A stretch of DNA of 64,000 nt from assembly GCF_964355755.1 (NCBI RefSeq), contig NC_092673.1:10510848-10574847 (forward strand), written 5' to 3'. The notes below the pieces were generated by a model. That model saw nothing but the letters and a program-made list of their open reading frames with translations, did no database searches and had not been told where the DNA came from. The DNA is from Antedon mediterranea. Taxonomy: Eukaryota > Animalia > Echinodermata. The translations under genes were made by a program, and so were the position numbers. Shown here piece by piece: positions 1 to 13,554 of this stretch. Each line of letters begins with the position of its first letter. The first letter of the stretch is position 1.

Positions 1-486
1 AAGACTGTAGGAATGTGTACTACCTGTACAGGTCAAAGGTCAATAAGAAGATTTTGGGTCATTTTCTCGAAAAAGTTCTTATTAGACTGAATAGAAATAT
101 ATATCTTCAGATTAATTTGAGCCCTATTTAAAGTTTGTCCAACTGTTAGTTACGGAGTTATTTGATATGTAGGTCAAAGGTCAAAATTGCCAAAAATCAT
201 ACTTCCGGCCATTTTTGGACAAACTTTTCCATTAGAACGAATATTAATATGCATCTCCCAAATAATTTGACACTAAAATTATTTCATTTAAAATAAGCGT
301 TGCAAAGATATGACCATTTTGTTTTCAATGGGTCGAAACATTCAAATTGAGGTCAGAGGTCAAAGATGAATTTTAGAAATTTGACAACATGGGTTTTTAT
401 AACCAGCGTGATTCAAATATTCATAAAACACAATGTTTACACTTTCCCCATGATCTGCACACAAAAATACATAGGGATCTGGACTA
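1..486. mobile_element. Probable terminal part of a non-autonomous DNA transposon, truncated by the window edge
   Basis: Recurrent GGTCAAAGGTCA-like motifs at ~31, ~172 and ~352. The segment ends in ...GGGATCTGGACTA (reverse complement TAGTCCAGATCCC), resembling TAG...CTA termini of Academ-type elements. The other end is not visible. Confidence 0.3.
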
Positions 487-518
487 AAATTGTTTTACAT
501 TATATTATAAACATATAC

Positions 519-1019
519 ACGTTGTAGTGATGTATCGTTACATGTGCTGTACTATTTCAATCGACTAGGACGGTGATAGTTTCAACAAAGTATTACATCG
601 CAATGTTTTACTGTGTTTAGTGGTATATTATTTGTAAAACATGAAAGCAATTAATATTTCGTTACTAAATGGATAAAGAATATATTTTAACATTGTTCCT
701 CTTTGCACCCATCCTCTTCCCCATCCCTCAACCCTAATGTTACATACAAAACACAAATTAAGTTTGTTTAAATTTTACTTAAACAATTGGTCTTATTTTG
801 TGACAAGTTTCTCTTTCGGAAGTAATAGGGTGCTAATTTTAGTTGAGTACATAAATCACAGTGTCTATTTATTCGTTCCTGTACACGACATGTATTATTG
901 TCCTGCGGTACGTACATTTGAAATCGCCAGTTTTTTAACGCTGAAATTATTATGTATTCGAGAACCATCTGTGGGCACGACCTAGATGGTACGCGAGCGA
1001 AGCGAGCGTACCATCTAGT
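519..1019 (+). mobile_element. Non-autonomous Helitron/Helentron-like element, copy 1
   Basis: Diverged reverse complement of 1526-2040. Ends in the stem-loop CTAGATGGTACGC-GAGCGAAGCGA-GCGTACCATCTAG followed by T, i.e. a hairpin plus CTAGT end as in rolling-circle elements. Confidence 0.55.
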
Positions 1020-1525
1020 GTTGATAATTTGATAACAAGTAATGTTCAATTGGAAAAAACTCCATTTTAAAGGAAAACGCAAGCACCAAAAAGTGCGTGG
1101 CATTTCTGTGCAAATAATAGATTATTGTCTTTATGTAATGTTAGATGACGCCGATACGCGGAGCTCCACAGATAATGTGACTAGGCGCGGTTAATGCGCT
1201 AACATCTAACATAAATTCAAAACAATTAGCCCCGCGAAGGTGTTGTTGATACACATAATAGTAAAACAATAGGACACAACTTCATTTAAAGTGCTTTATT
1301 TGCACGTTAGAATGTTTGAATATTATTCCACAATTTCATATGTTATTGAATTTACTATAGACCTAATAAGTAACAATATAAATAGCTTTACTACATAACA
1401 TATATTAATATTATTACAGTACATTTGTATTTGTTTTGCCTATTTCAACTTCAATAATTGATACAGTATTTGTTTGAATACGTTAAATAAATTTATATTG
1501 CGCTTAGAATGGTGAATTATTATAA

Positions 1526-2040
1526 CTAGATGGTACGCTCGCTTCGCTCGCGTACCATCTAGGTCGTGCCCACAGATGGTTCTCGAATACACAGTAATTT
1601 CAGCGTAACAAAACTGGCGATTTCAAATGTACGTGCCGCAGGACTATTGTCGTTTACAGAAACGAATAAATAGACACGATGATTTATGTAGTCAACTAAA
1701 ATTAGCACCCCGGGAATTACTTCCGAAGGAGAAACTTATCACAAAATGAGTCCAAATTTTTGATTTGGACTCATTTAAAGAAACCCAATTTGTGTTTTGT
1801 ATGGGTTTTTTTTATATTAGGGTTGAGGGATGGGAAAGCGGATAGGTACAAAGAGGAACAATTTTTAAATATATTCTTTATCCACTCAGTAACGAAATAT
1901 TGTTTTCGTGTTTTATAGGCCTATAAATAATATACCTCTAAATACAGTAAAACATTTGCGATTTAATACTTTGTTAAAACTGTCACTGTCATAATCGATT
2001 GAAATATTAAAGTACATGTCACGATACACCACTACGACGT
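1526..2040 (-). mobile_element. Non-autonomous Helitron/Helentron-like element, copy 2 (inverted)
   Basis: Reverse complement of 519-1019, including the same terminal hairpin at ~1526-1563. Scattered substitutions and indels elsewhere. Confidence 0.55.
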
Positions 2041-5000
2041 TTATTTTATTGGTAATTATTAATTAATACAAACGTTGAGAAGGAACTGTCAGTATAAAGT
2101 TTATTTGTATATAATAATGTGTTTATATATCTAACAGTAGATCCTATCCACAATCTCAGTAATAAAGTTTATCTGTATATATTTTTACAGTACGAACATT
2201 CACAGTAAGAAATGTTCGATTCAAATGAGGACTAAAAATAGTTACAGTATTGTCAAAGTATTGCAAGTTTATTCTCAAAGGGCCCATATATTTACCTACC
2301 GTATGTGTTAAATCAAGGGCTCATAAATTTACCTACTTGTGCTAAACCAAACTCTGGCAGACTGAGAGATTGGGATGTTCCATTCATCGCAAATCAATAC
2401 ATTTGTATAATCATATATTAAATCTATCAAAATAGTATTTTTTAAAGAAAATCGGCCTGTCTTCAACATTATGATGGTGTACTCTAGCTGTTCAACCGGT
2501 TTTCAGCTATTAAAAACAATTATCGTAGGAGGAGATAGGAAAATGCGAAGCCTCCTCGCATTTTTGTGGCGGGTATTTTTCAAGATGGACATCCATTAGA
2601 CAGTGTATACCACGATCGGAAAACACCCCGATTTGGGGCAAATCGTTGAACCTAAATTCGTTTTAATCGTCAATAACTAATTATCTAACTTAATTTAATT
2701 AGTAAACAGGGTTACATCAGGTGGTTAAAATCAGTACCGAAAGTACGAACCAACTTTATATACCATCGAGTAAAAATTCTAGAAGTAAGGCGCGATTTAC
2801 CGAATTTTGCCCTTACGTAAATTTATATATAGATAAACATTATTTTTATAAAAACTTAACTAAAAAATACGTTTATTCTTTGATTTTATTCTTAAACATA
2901 TATTGGTTGGTTTCATTTATTTTTTTTCTCCATCATGGTTTCATAGGCTTTACTGTACGTTTATAATACTGCATTGGCTTGTTGTAGCTGCGGCGGTATT
3001 GGCGTCCCATAGAAAATGTTGGCGGCCGTTTCAGTCGGCGGCCGTTTCGGTCACACACCTTATTCAGTGTTGGTGCTCTTGATGAAAATGCATTTTTTAA
3101 ATCATATATAAAACTGTAATGTTAAAAAAATGGTCAACAAAATTAGTATCAATGGTCCTATAGTAAAGTTATATTACAATTTAGTTTTAGGCCTGAAACA
3201 ACATTTCAATTAATTAGATGAAATAAATAATCGAATAAATCATAATATATATTAAAGTCAGAAGCCTATAAAATCCAAATATAATAGGCCTATTAAACAG
3301 CTGAAGATTGTGCCCCTGGGAAAATACTAATAAAACTAATAATTGCGTGGCTTAAAACACTTTTTAAAACTGCAAAATGGAAAATAAAACATCTTTATAA
3401 AGTAATAAGACTGGTGAAGAATGGTTCCCTAAAAACATTAAAAGAAAATTATATTATTTAGAAGAACACAACAATCTTACCTTAAGCCAGTTTTTGCCTT
3501 TAGTTGTTTTGGTAAATTTTATAACCTTGCCTAACTGTTCACCGTCAGAATGCTTTATTGCCCTAGTGTTATTAATTATTAGATAAGCAATGTTGTCTTC
3601 CTCTACACAAAACCTCCAGTCCATTTTATCAAATGCGATAACGAAGTGATCACAAACAATGTTGGGCGACGAGTGACGCGCTTTCACACTGTTACGATCT
3701 TTTATTTGGGCCAGGGAGTTATTAGTCAACTCCCTGTTTGGGCATTGTCCACATTGTTTATACTAAAGCTACAGATCAGCAGGAAGAAAAACTCAAGTGC
3801 AAATCGTATTTCATATCGATAACGAGTTTTATTTGCACGATAGAGATCGATAAAATCTGCAAGTAATATATAATCATTTTCATAGAGTAACTTATATATT
3901 TTAATCTACTTATACTGTAGTAAAATAATTTTTACCATTTCCAACTAATTCATATTGGGCTCCCGTAATTTCACCTATGCTACACTGCATATATATATAT
4001 CAACTATGTAAATACTTTATTTGCACATAACATAATAACAACATGATATAAAAAACATATGACCAAAAAATAAATAAATCATATATTCAAAAGTTTAGCG
4101 CCTCTAAAGGAAACATCAAATTGAAGTAAGAAATCCTGATATTTTAACTAAATTAAAATTCTTGAATTAAATTCCTTTTTTATAAGCAGTTGTATATTGT
4201 TTTGTATAATTGTAAATTTATATTATATTTATAAAATAAGAAATTTCGGTTACAAATATGCTTTTTTTTAAATACAGTATTACAGAGATGTTTTATTATT
4301 TGAAGTTTAGGTTGTTGGTGGGGTAGCCAATGAACATAAAATTATTGTATTTTGACTATTTCCATTTTGATTGGTCAATTTTGTCGTTAAAAACACGTCC
4401 GTATAAATTGTGCGTCTCTTTTGAATAACCTACTGTGTAATATTGAAGCTGTTTATAATTGTTTACTATGAATCATTAAAATATAAACATACGCCTATTT
4501 AAAATGAACTTAGAATAGTTATTAAATACATAAGACAAGCTAGTGATCAATACTTTATTTTCTTGTAAAAAAATATGAATGTGATGATTATATCGCGTAT
4601 TATAAGATAAAAGCGTTGATAGTATTCCAGATATCAACTTGAAAAATATAGAACAAAAAAAAACAATTTTAAGCATTCATTGATCTAAACAAAAATTGTC
4701 CACTTTTTATGTACAAAAAAACAAAAGTCATATCGGATAGACCATCATCAAATGTTCACGTATCTCTGAAATATTGTGTCGAACGAAAAGATTATTTCAA
4801 TTTCAAAGTTGGCCTGTCAAACTAGGCGTTAGAAAAATAAATTAAACTAATATTTTCATAAAATTATATTGGACAAATAAATGATATGCACATTTAATAA
4901 TACAATTTACTTTTTGCATGCGCATGATATTATTATATAATGAATTTTTCAATTGTGTAGCCAAGTCACACCTGTGATACATTGGGTTAACTTTCACAAT

Positions 5001-5182
5001 TCTTATTTGTTTTTTTTTTCTTTTCTTCCATAATAGTGTGGTTCTATAATGGTTATAGTAGGTCACCCCATGAATAAAGATGCAATAGTATGATATATAA
5101 CATGGTTTTATCAAAGTGCCGTTAAAATGAATTATTATAAAATATTATTATAATATATCAAAGAAAAGCCACATTAAATCTT

Positions 5183-5750
5183 ATTTAATTAGGATAATAT
5201 ACGGGCAACACTAGCCCTATATCAGTGGAAGTGCTTTTACAAAATTGAGAGTATGAATATTTTACATCCATTTCAAAAGCTTCATTATTATTGCGATCTT
5301 TTAGACATTATGTGAGTTAAAAAACAGAAAATTAAAAAAACATTTAAATATAAATTCACTAGCCCTTTATAAGTGAAAGGACAAAATTGAGAATATGAAG
5401 CAAACAAGCACTGCCTGAGTGAACTGGTTTAAAGAAATAAAAACAAAGGATCGAGGCACAAGCTGAAAACAATGAAGATAGCTTGGTAGATATAAACAAT
5501 TAGGAATGTATTTAAAAAAAAACAACTCAAATGGTGGTTAATATTGAACCTTAAACTTAGGTAGTCGATGGAATAATTTTACCGATCTGGGAGTATGTTA
5601 ATGTTTTGTGGCTTTAAGTAGTAATTCCAAGTTTTTTTTTGTCTTTTGACAACCTAATATGTTCGTGTCATTGATATAAGATATTACACGAATGCGACAT
5701 GTCTTTTGAATGCAATACATTGAACGTTCTTTGCGGTTTCTGCAAGTATC
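5183..5750. repeat. Dispersed repeat copy A (~570 bp)
   Basis: Near-identical direct copy at ~6891-7485 (ATCAGTGGAAGTGCTTTTACAAAATTGAG...GGTAGTCGATGGAATAATTTT...). Diverged inverted copy at ~10840-11105. Confidence 0.85.
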
Positions 5751-6890
5751 AGTATTATTCATTTATATCATTCAGATTAGATATAATATTCAGAACCGGA
5801 GCAACGTTTTTGAAATTTAGTGGTAATTTAAGGTTGTGTATATTTGGAAGTCCAAACCCACGTCAGCTCGACTATGATTGGGACTAATGGTTAGAGCATT
5901 TTTAGGAATTCGGAGTTCTGTGCTGTTTCTGCGATTATCCCTTTATATCACATTAGATAAAAAAAAAACAATGATATGTTATTGATATAAGGGTTTATAT
6001 CTGTCACGGAAATTAGGCATTAATAACGTCAAGGACATTACAATTTTGTCGCAATTGCCAACCCCAAAAACAACTATCACTCAAATCATGCTTGAAAAAG
6101 GCACAACTTTATACACCCTTTATACTACAATGATAGTTTTCAGTAATTACTTCTTATATGCATCATGCACACTAATTAATCAGTTTTGTCTTCTATATAT
6201 AAATTTTGATAATGAAATTGTTTGCAACATCAATATAAACACTTCCAAAAGTGGCATACAGGGTCGGAGCCCCATGCCATTAGCTACCCATGATCATCAT
6301 GTAGGCGTAGTGCCGTTAAAATGAATTATTATAAAATATTATTATTAAGCAAAGGTATAAATGTGTAATTTTATGAAAGCATTTTGTGTCTCACAGTGTA
6401 GATAGATCGCTTAATTATGGATTATTTAACCCTTTTTACCCTGGTGGTGTTTATTTCTTTCTAATAAAAAGTCTAACCTGAAGTTTAAATCAATGAATAA
6501 AGAGTAACAGTGACCGTACCATGCATATAGGCTCAATAGAATTATAAATGTCAAAGAGTTTTGTTAAATGTTTATAATTTATCAAAGTATAGCCACATTA
6601 AATCTTTAAAACAAGTTAATCTAAACTTTTAATTCTATCTTCAAACAATTTCCTGTATGATCAAATCACCTTTTATGTATATAATTTTCAGAAATGAATA
6701 CTGTACCTTGTAATAATAATATAATAATATTTATTTGGAGCAACACATATTTAACAGTGGCACACATACAACATTTAAGCATATCAAAATATGTTTATAC
6801 CTCCATGATTTAAGCAACACAATTACTTTAAAAAAAAACTATACAAAAACAATAGAAAATAAAAACTGAAACTACCTGTACAACTTGTCA

Positions 6891-7485
6891 TATTTAATTA
6901 ATAGGATAATATACTATATCAGTGGAAGTGCTTTTACAAAATTGAGAATATGAATATTTTACATCCATTTCAAAAGCTTCATTATTATTGCGATCTTTTA
7001 GACATTATGTGAGTTAAACAACAGAAATTTAAAAAAAACATTAAATATAAATTCACTAGCCCTTTATAAGTGACAGGACAAAATTGAGAATATGAAGCAA
7101 ACAAGCACTGCCTGAGTGAACTGGAATAAAGAAATAAAAACAAAGGATCGAGGCACAAGCTGAAAACAATGAAGATAGCTTGGTAGATATAAACAATTAG
7201 GAATGTATCTAAAAAAAACAACTCAAATGGTGGTTAATATTGAACCTTAAACTTAGGTAGTCGATGGAATAATTTTTACGATCTGGGAGTATGTTAATGT
7301 TAAGATCAAACAGTTTTGTGGCTTTAAGTAGTAATTCCAAGTTTTTTTTTGTCTTTGCGAGTTTTGTCGCTCCATTTGACAACCTAATATGTTCGTGTCA
7401 TTGATATAAGATATTAAACGATTGCGACATGACTTTTGAAAGCAACAAGACTACATTAAAAGTCCTGTGCGATTTCTGCAAGTAG
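6891..7485. repeat. Dispersed repeat copy B, direct duplicate of 5183-5750
   Basis: Alignable by eye to copy A, with a few small insertions. Confidence 0.85.
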
Positions 7486-9918
7486 ATTGAATTAACATTT
7501 CGGTTACAGAAAAATTAATGTTTTTTATAGCTGATCTGTGTGTCATTCTAATACACAGAGTGTTTTGGTTTCTACCACTCACTACAAATATTACAGTGTA
7601 TGATATAAATGACATTTTTGGTTAGACAATTAATTGGTTATGATTTTCTATGAAGCAACAAGCTAAGCCAATTTAAGCACGTATTGGAAAAGTGTTGGCA
7701 TATAGGCTAATATAATAATAATTTGTTTTACACGTGCATGATTAATTATACTGTACTTTTTAATTCGAGTCTTTGTTGTTAATTCATTAAACCAATCACT
7801 TTATAATATAGGCCCACTAAATTTTGTAATAATAATTCGTTTAGGCCTTAAAACATTCTCAACTAAATTTGGAACAAATAAGTCACCTCTGTGATTGAAG
7901 TTCGCTTTTTGATAGCTCGGTTATGTCAGGTAGGCCTACTAATAGCTGAATGCGATATCTAGAAGCAAAACGAAGACAGCCGACCTGATACCGCTGAGAT
8001 ACGATAGCCAGTTTTATAAAGATGTTGTCTGAGAGAGGGAATCAACATACGAGTTCATCATAATAAATTTGTTCGACCGACATAAAAGTCATTCGAGATT
8101 TTTGACTCCGAAACTAAGACAAATGTGACGATTTTTTTTTTTAAACAGATGCAAAGCACACAACGAGACACATTTAAAAGCTGAACCTATAACAACACCG
8201 TGCTCTATATTCTTAGCTTAATTGACTATTTAAAATACATGGAAAGTACTTAGTAAAGTATACAAAAAAACACTTCGAAGTTTGCATTGCGAAATTAATA
8301 ATTATGTTGAATGATGAAGTACGGGCTTGTATTTAATAGGTAACATACATACAAAATTGCCTTTAGTGACTATATCTTAGTCATACAGAAGAACTTTGAA
8401 CTTCGATAGGGAATAGGCAATAACTTGTATTGTCATTATTCGAGTGATTTATATTAATATATACACTAGGCCTACAGTATATAATTACGAAATTATTTTG
8501 GTGCTAGATTGCCTGGTTTCCATCTAAGGGACAACACACAATAAGTTTTGATGCCTAAATAGGAGATGAAAATTAAAAGTTTTAAAAGTATTTTAATTTT
8601 CTAACGGATTAGGTCTATAAGAAACGTATGGTATATGGTTGCCATTTAAAAGAGCTTTCATTTACAATCACCAGCATAACTTTTAATGTATGATACTTTG
8701 ATGAAAATTCATGTCGCAATCGTGTAATATCAATGACACGAATATAGGTATTTACGATCAAATTAAAATAGTTTAAAGCGTGTAGACTAAATGGGATTCA
8801 AACAACTTCTAAAGTGTATTGTTCGTTACATTTTTCATAACTGTAATTCTATCCTATAGCACTCAACCCGAACAATTATTTACTTCTTGATTTTTAGCAA
8901 TATATCCTAATATTACGTAATATATGATACGAATTCAATTAGATAAACAATCTCAGTATAACCAGACTATGTTCAGAAGGTTCAAAAGTACGGAAAGTAA
9001 AAAGGGATGTGTTCGTTAATATAGATAAATACTGCCAGTGTTAATATAAAACGTATTTATAGAATCGGACACAGCATCATAAAATCGAGAGACGACAAAA
9101 CTTTTTTCAGGAATATAGACCAGGCAATGCACTCTTACTTTTAGCTAACATTATTTTTGAGAGGATTAAAAATCCGGAATGTCTGAATAAAAGTATAGGT
9201 AGGCCTATAGGTAAAATTAAGATTATCGAAGAAACGGTACATTAGACTACTTTACATCTTGTCTATAGTTTTCACTTTTATTTGCACCCCTAAACAAATA
9301 ATATTGCTAAATTTAGTTTTCCTTGGCATTTAATGTATGAACTAAAAATTATTGTAAATGAAAAGTTTTTTAAACGGAAACAAATCCAATACGTTTTTGG
9401 GATGGATTCCTATAGTTTTACCTAGTTTTACTCTAGAGGGCATGTCCAGTCCTATCTATTTATTGCTTGAAACTATAATCAGCGGTTTTTTAAAACTTTA
9501 AACTTATCTGTGATATTATCAAGAGTTAATAGTGGAATTGCTAGCAATCTAAGCTATGTCCATATTCCTAACAAATGCTCTAACCAACCCCATGGTCGGG
9601 CTGAGGTGGTATTAGACTAAAGTATCTGAACATTATATTAGTAATTTGAACGTTATTATTATTATTATTTTCCGTCCAAATGGGGTAGCTAATTACATTA
9701 TAGTGACTCCGACCCTGACAATTCGGAAGTAGACTTTTGTTTTATATTCAGATGAATATAAGGAATAATTGATAATTATAGAAACATTTTAATACAAATC
9801 AGGTAGGCCCCTATTTACAATCACATTAATTTAAAAAAAGTTCAAGCGTTAATTAAAATGTTTCATAGACTCATATTTCATAGTTTATATTTAACTTTGG
9901 TTATACTGTATATGATTT

Positions 9919-10515
9919 TTAGCAATAAATCCTAATATCACGTAAAAACAAGATATGAAAGTCACAGTCCAATTCAGTGGCAACAGGCATTTGATATGGT
10001 CGTCCAAAACTCCGTTTAAAAGATGTTAGTAAGCGTGATCGGTTTTCTTTTAATATTCCCACTGGTTCTTGGGAAATGTAAACATTATACAGTAACGGAT
10101 ACATGATTCCACCCTGTCGCACTCCGTTTCTTACATAGAACCATCGGGAGATAGATCTTCCCCATTTAATACAAAACTGTTGCTGTGAGTACCAACACGA
10201 TAACAATTTTACAATTGCGGTTGGCATCTTTCTGTTTAACAATTTTTAAAAAAGAGTCCAGTTATTTAATCTGTCATATGCCTTAGAGGCATCAAGAAAG
10301 CAAGCATATACAGGGATATTTTGCCGAGTATAAAATGCAACAACTTGTTTTAAGACTAATATACATGTATCTGTGGAGTGACCCGATTTAAACGCAAACT
10401 GATGGTCAGATGACTTAAGGCTATCTCCGGACAATTTAATTAATACAAATTCTAGTACCTTAGATACCACACTAGCTAAAGCTATAGGCCTAATTGCTTT
10501 TACTCGTAATATCAC
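9919..10515 (-). pseudogene. Non-LTR retrotransposon (LINE, RTE-X-like) reverse transcriptase fragment, interrupted
   Basis: Two consecutive minus-strand ORFs with RT motifs RPIALASVVSKVLE, QFAFKSGHST, ACFLDASKAYDRL and NGVRQGGIMYPLLYNVY. Similarity stops at ~10075, before the YADD motif. Confidence 0.9.
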
Positions 10516-10839
10516 CTGATTTAGATTTTAAAATCGGAACAATTTATCACTAGATAAATCTTTAATAATGCCCGCTACCTGTTGGACATTTACCTCACAA
10601 CCACAATCATCATTACAATTAACAAGTATACTGTGAACATAATCCTCCGTCATGAAATAACCTCTCAACTGCATACTGCATAATTTTCAGATAATCAACC
10701 AAACGTGTTTTTGTTATCATCCGGAATGAACAATAATTGCAAGTAATTGAAAATCCGAATGCACCACAAGGTGTATCATTCCCTAAATTGCCCAAAAAGC
10801 TTTTATAAAATGTGTCAATTGAGACGTTCTTTCACGAAA

Positions 10840-11300
10840 AAAACCACTTGGAATTACTACTTAAAACCACGAAATATTTTGACTTAACATTAGGAACATA
10901 TTCCCAGATCGGTAAAATTATTCCATCGACTACCTAAATTTAATGTTTCAATATTAACCACCATTTGAGTTGATTTTTAATTCAATTTCTAAATTGTTTA
11001 TATATACCAAGCTATCTTTATTGTTTTCTAATCTCACTCTTTTCACCAGCATTATGCCTCTTTTGTTTTATTTCTTTTATTCCAGTCCACTCAGGCAGCG
11101 CTTGATTTCTACACACTGATGAAGAGCTAGTTTTGCCCGAAAGCTCTGCTAATTTTGTCTAGTTGTTTAAATTGTATCGTTTAGATTTAGCTTTTTGATT
11201 ATATTATTTTGTATCTTTATTAAGATCAAGCCACTGATACCCACAGTCACACTGATACCCACAGCATTGTCTTTTTTTCAGTAATTTGGATTTATATTGA
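10840..11300 (+). mobile_element. Penelope-like terminal repeat remnant; inverted third copy of the 5.2/6.9-kb repeat, extended
   Basis: 10840-11105 is the reverse complement of ~5400-5640. It continues into a hammerhead-like core at 11116-11146 and a T-rich tail (...GATCAAGCCACTGATACCCACA...) that recurs at ~14390-14515. Confidence 0.5.
11111..11150 (+). ncRNA. Degenerate minimal type-I hammerhead ribozyme motif
   Basis: CTGATGA-A-GAGC-tagtttt-GCCC-GAAA-GCTC: both catalytic boxes present, stem II with one mismatch, and a palindromic AGCT mini stem III as in Penelope-associated minimal hammerheads. Stem I is weak. Confidence 0.5.
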
Positions 11301-11433
11301 AAATTATCTATTTTTTTCAACCCACTAAGGCTGTCTCTCTCTCTCTCTAATTCTGTTAATATTATATATAAATGAACTTACAAAAGATTTCAAAGAGAAA
11401 GAGATTAATATTTTTTATTGATAAAAAGACTCA

Positions 11434-11508
11434 TTCTTGGCCGACGATATAATTCTCATTGGAAATAGTGAAAATGATCTACAATCATTATTGAAAGCAT
11501 CAATTTAG
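11434..11508 (+). pseudogene. Tiny LINE RT fragment (catalytic-motif region)
   Basis: Translates as FLADDIILIGNSENDLQSLLK, matching the (Y/F)ADDhhLh..S..DLQ.hL pattern of LINE RTs. Confidence 0.6.
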
Positions 11509-13222
11509 AACCAAATTTAAAATGTTATAATTTTGAAAAATAATATGCAGGCCTGATTGTAACCAACCACCAACGCATTAACAATCAAATGAAATAGCCA
11601 ATCGGTAACAAATTCATAGACGAAGCCAACATGTATAGCATGCACACAGAAATTACAAAAACACAAGCCATATAGATGAAGGAAAAGGATCGAACAGAAT
11701 TATTTTATTAAATTTTCATGCAGTCAAACAACGCAACAAAGCAACCTGGGGATTTCCTTTCTTGAGTGCTAAGCACTATCGAATTGGTTATCTATACTGC
11801 ATTTCAATCGTAAAACAATAAAAATACATAAGATATAATAAATTGTGTGAACAATCATTTAAATATACAGATAACATGGTTCGTGTGTACAGACAATTAA
11901 AGATGATATACGATAAAATTAGGAATATCTTGCCAAACATGGGGACAATTTTTATACAAGGAATAATTAAAAGAATTGGTTCTTTAATATTATTAATTAT
12001 TCTTTAACAATTGTGTTCTGTTTATGTAGTTATCTGTATGAAAAAAAGCGCCATCTATAGCGGACGTATAAGTAGCGATAATTTTGACCAATCAAATTGG
12101 GATTCTTTCAAACTCATTGTTTCCTAAAAAAAATCCCAAGCTCTGAACTTACCACTCATCGTATTACTATAAGGATATTCATTTCTGAAAAATAGGCCAA
12201 GTTTACATGAAGGATGATTTGATCATAATAGGGGAAGTGGTTTGATGATAGAATCTAAAGTTTATATAAACTTTTTTTTTAAGATTTAATGTGGCGTACA
12301 GTTAATTATGTTATGAATTTTTTTGTATCTCTTTATCAAAAGCACAGTCTCAATGAGGGAGATGTGCAACAAGAGTAAATAAACATAATTATATTTTTAA
12401 AAAAATATACATAAAAACCATTAAAAAAAATATTTAAAAAGTATAATTTGTCATGACAAACCACTGACAAATTTGATATCTTCAAATATAAAACAAAACG
12501 TAAAAAAACAAAGCATTATTAAAAGTAAACTGAGAAAGATTAAAAACTAGAAATGTTACTGTTACTCTATATTCATGCACTACGCATATTTTAGTTTACA
12601 TTTCTATGGCTTTAGGTTAAATCAGGGATCAACCCAAGTTTTCGGCATGTATTGAATATAGGACTATTCCATTATTATTTATAGGGGTGTTAGTCAATAT
12701 GTTGGGTTAGGTGTGCCAGGCTTGTTGAGGCTTCTATTGTTCGTGTCATTGTGCCAATTGTTTTGTATTTCACTGTGTTTGATAAAAACAAACAAAAAAC
12801 TGCTGCTGTAGTTAGCCTATAGCTTTTATTATGTGTCTGTAAATTATATCGTATTTTACACTATATACAGTAGCCTATAGGCCCTAACATGTTTTTTTAC
12901 TCAACAGTTAAATCAAGTAGCCTCTACAAATAACAAGAAAAGATCAAGAAAAAGATTCATATACATTTTAATCTTATTTAATTTATGTTTTAATTTATAT
13001 AAAATATCCAATTTATGTTTTAATTTATATAAATACATCCATGTTTGGTTTTTTTTCTCAACAGTTGCAAATAGCCTCTACAAACAACAAGAAAAAAATC
13101 GATAGATCGAAAGATACATTCTTCAAACTTTATTCAAATATAAGGCACAAGAACTTTAACATTATTTAATAAGGCACAAGGAACATATACTATTTTAACT
13201 TACTTAATCTGTTTAATTTATA

Positions 13223-13408
13223 TTATGCCATATCTTTCTCGCCACATAAATTCGTCAAGGTATTCCGGTAACCATTCCCGTTTACACCTATTCTTTTTAA
13301 CTTTAATTTTTCACGATTCCAGTAGGATTCTATGTTTTGAGTGTGGACTCCTGTTATTGGATCAACAACATTCTTACTGTGGTTTACTGTTAAGTGTCCA
13401 TCTACCAC
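13223..13408 (-). pseudogene. Merlin/IS1595-family DDE transposase C-terminal fragment
   Basis: HLTVNHSKNVVDPITGVHTQNIESYWNREK matches the HxTVNHS..FVDP.TG.HTN.IES.W signature. Confidence 0.85.
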
Positions 13409-13554
13409 ATCCAGGTCCTGTACTCTGGAATAAACCTTCCATTTATTTGATGGTCATTTTAATATAAGGCATGAAATAAGATTATTGGCATGTATTTATT
13501 TTGTTTGTATGGTATTTATATTTTTGTAATATTTTGTTTGGTTGGAATTCACTG

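Noticed and set aside
737-7221. Short AT-rich ORFs in the first 7 kb, including 3454-3729
   Set aside because: No recognisable domains or convincing splice context; several lie within repeats.
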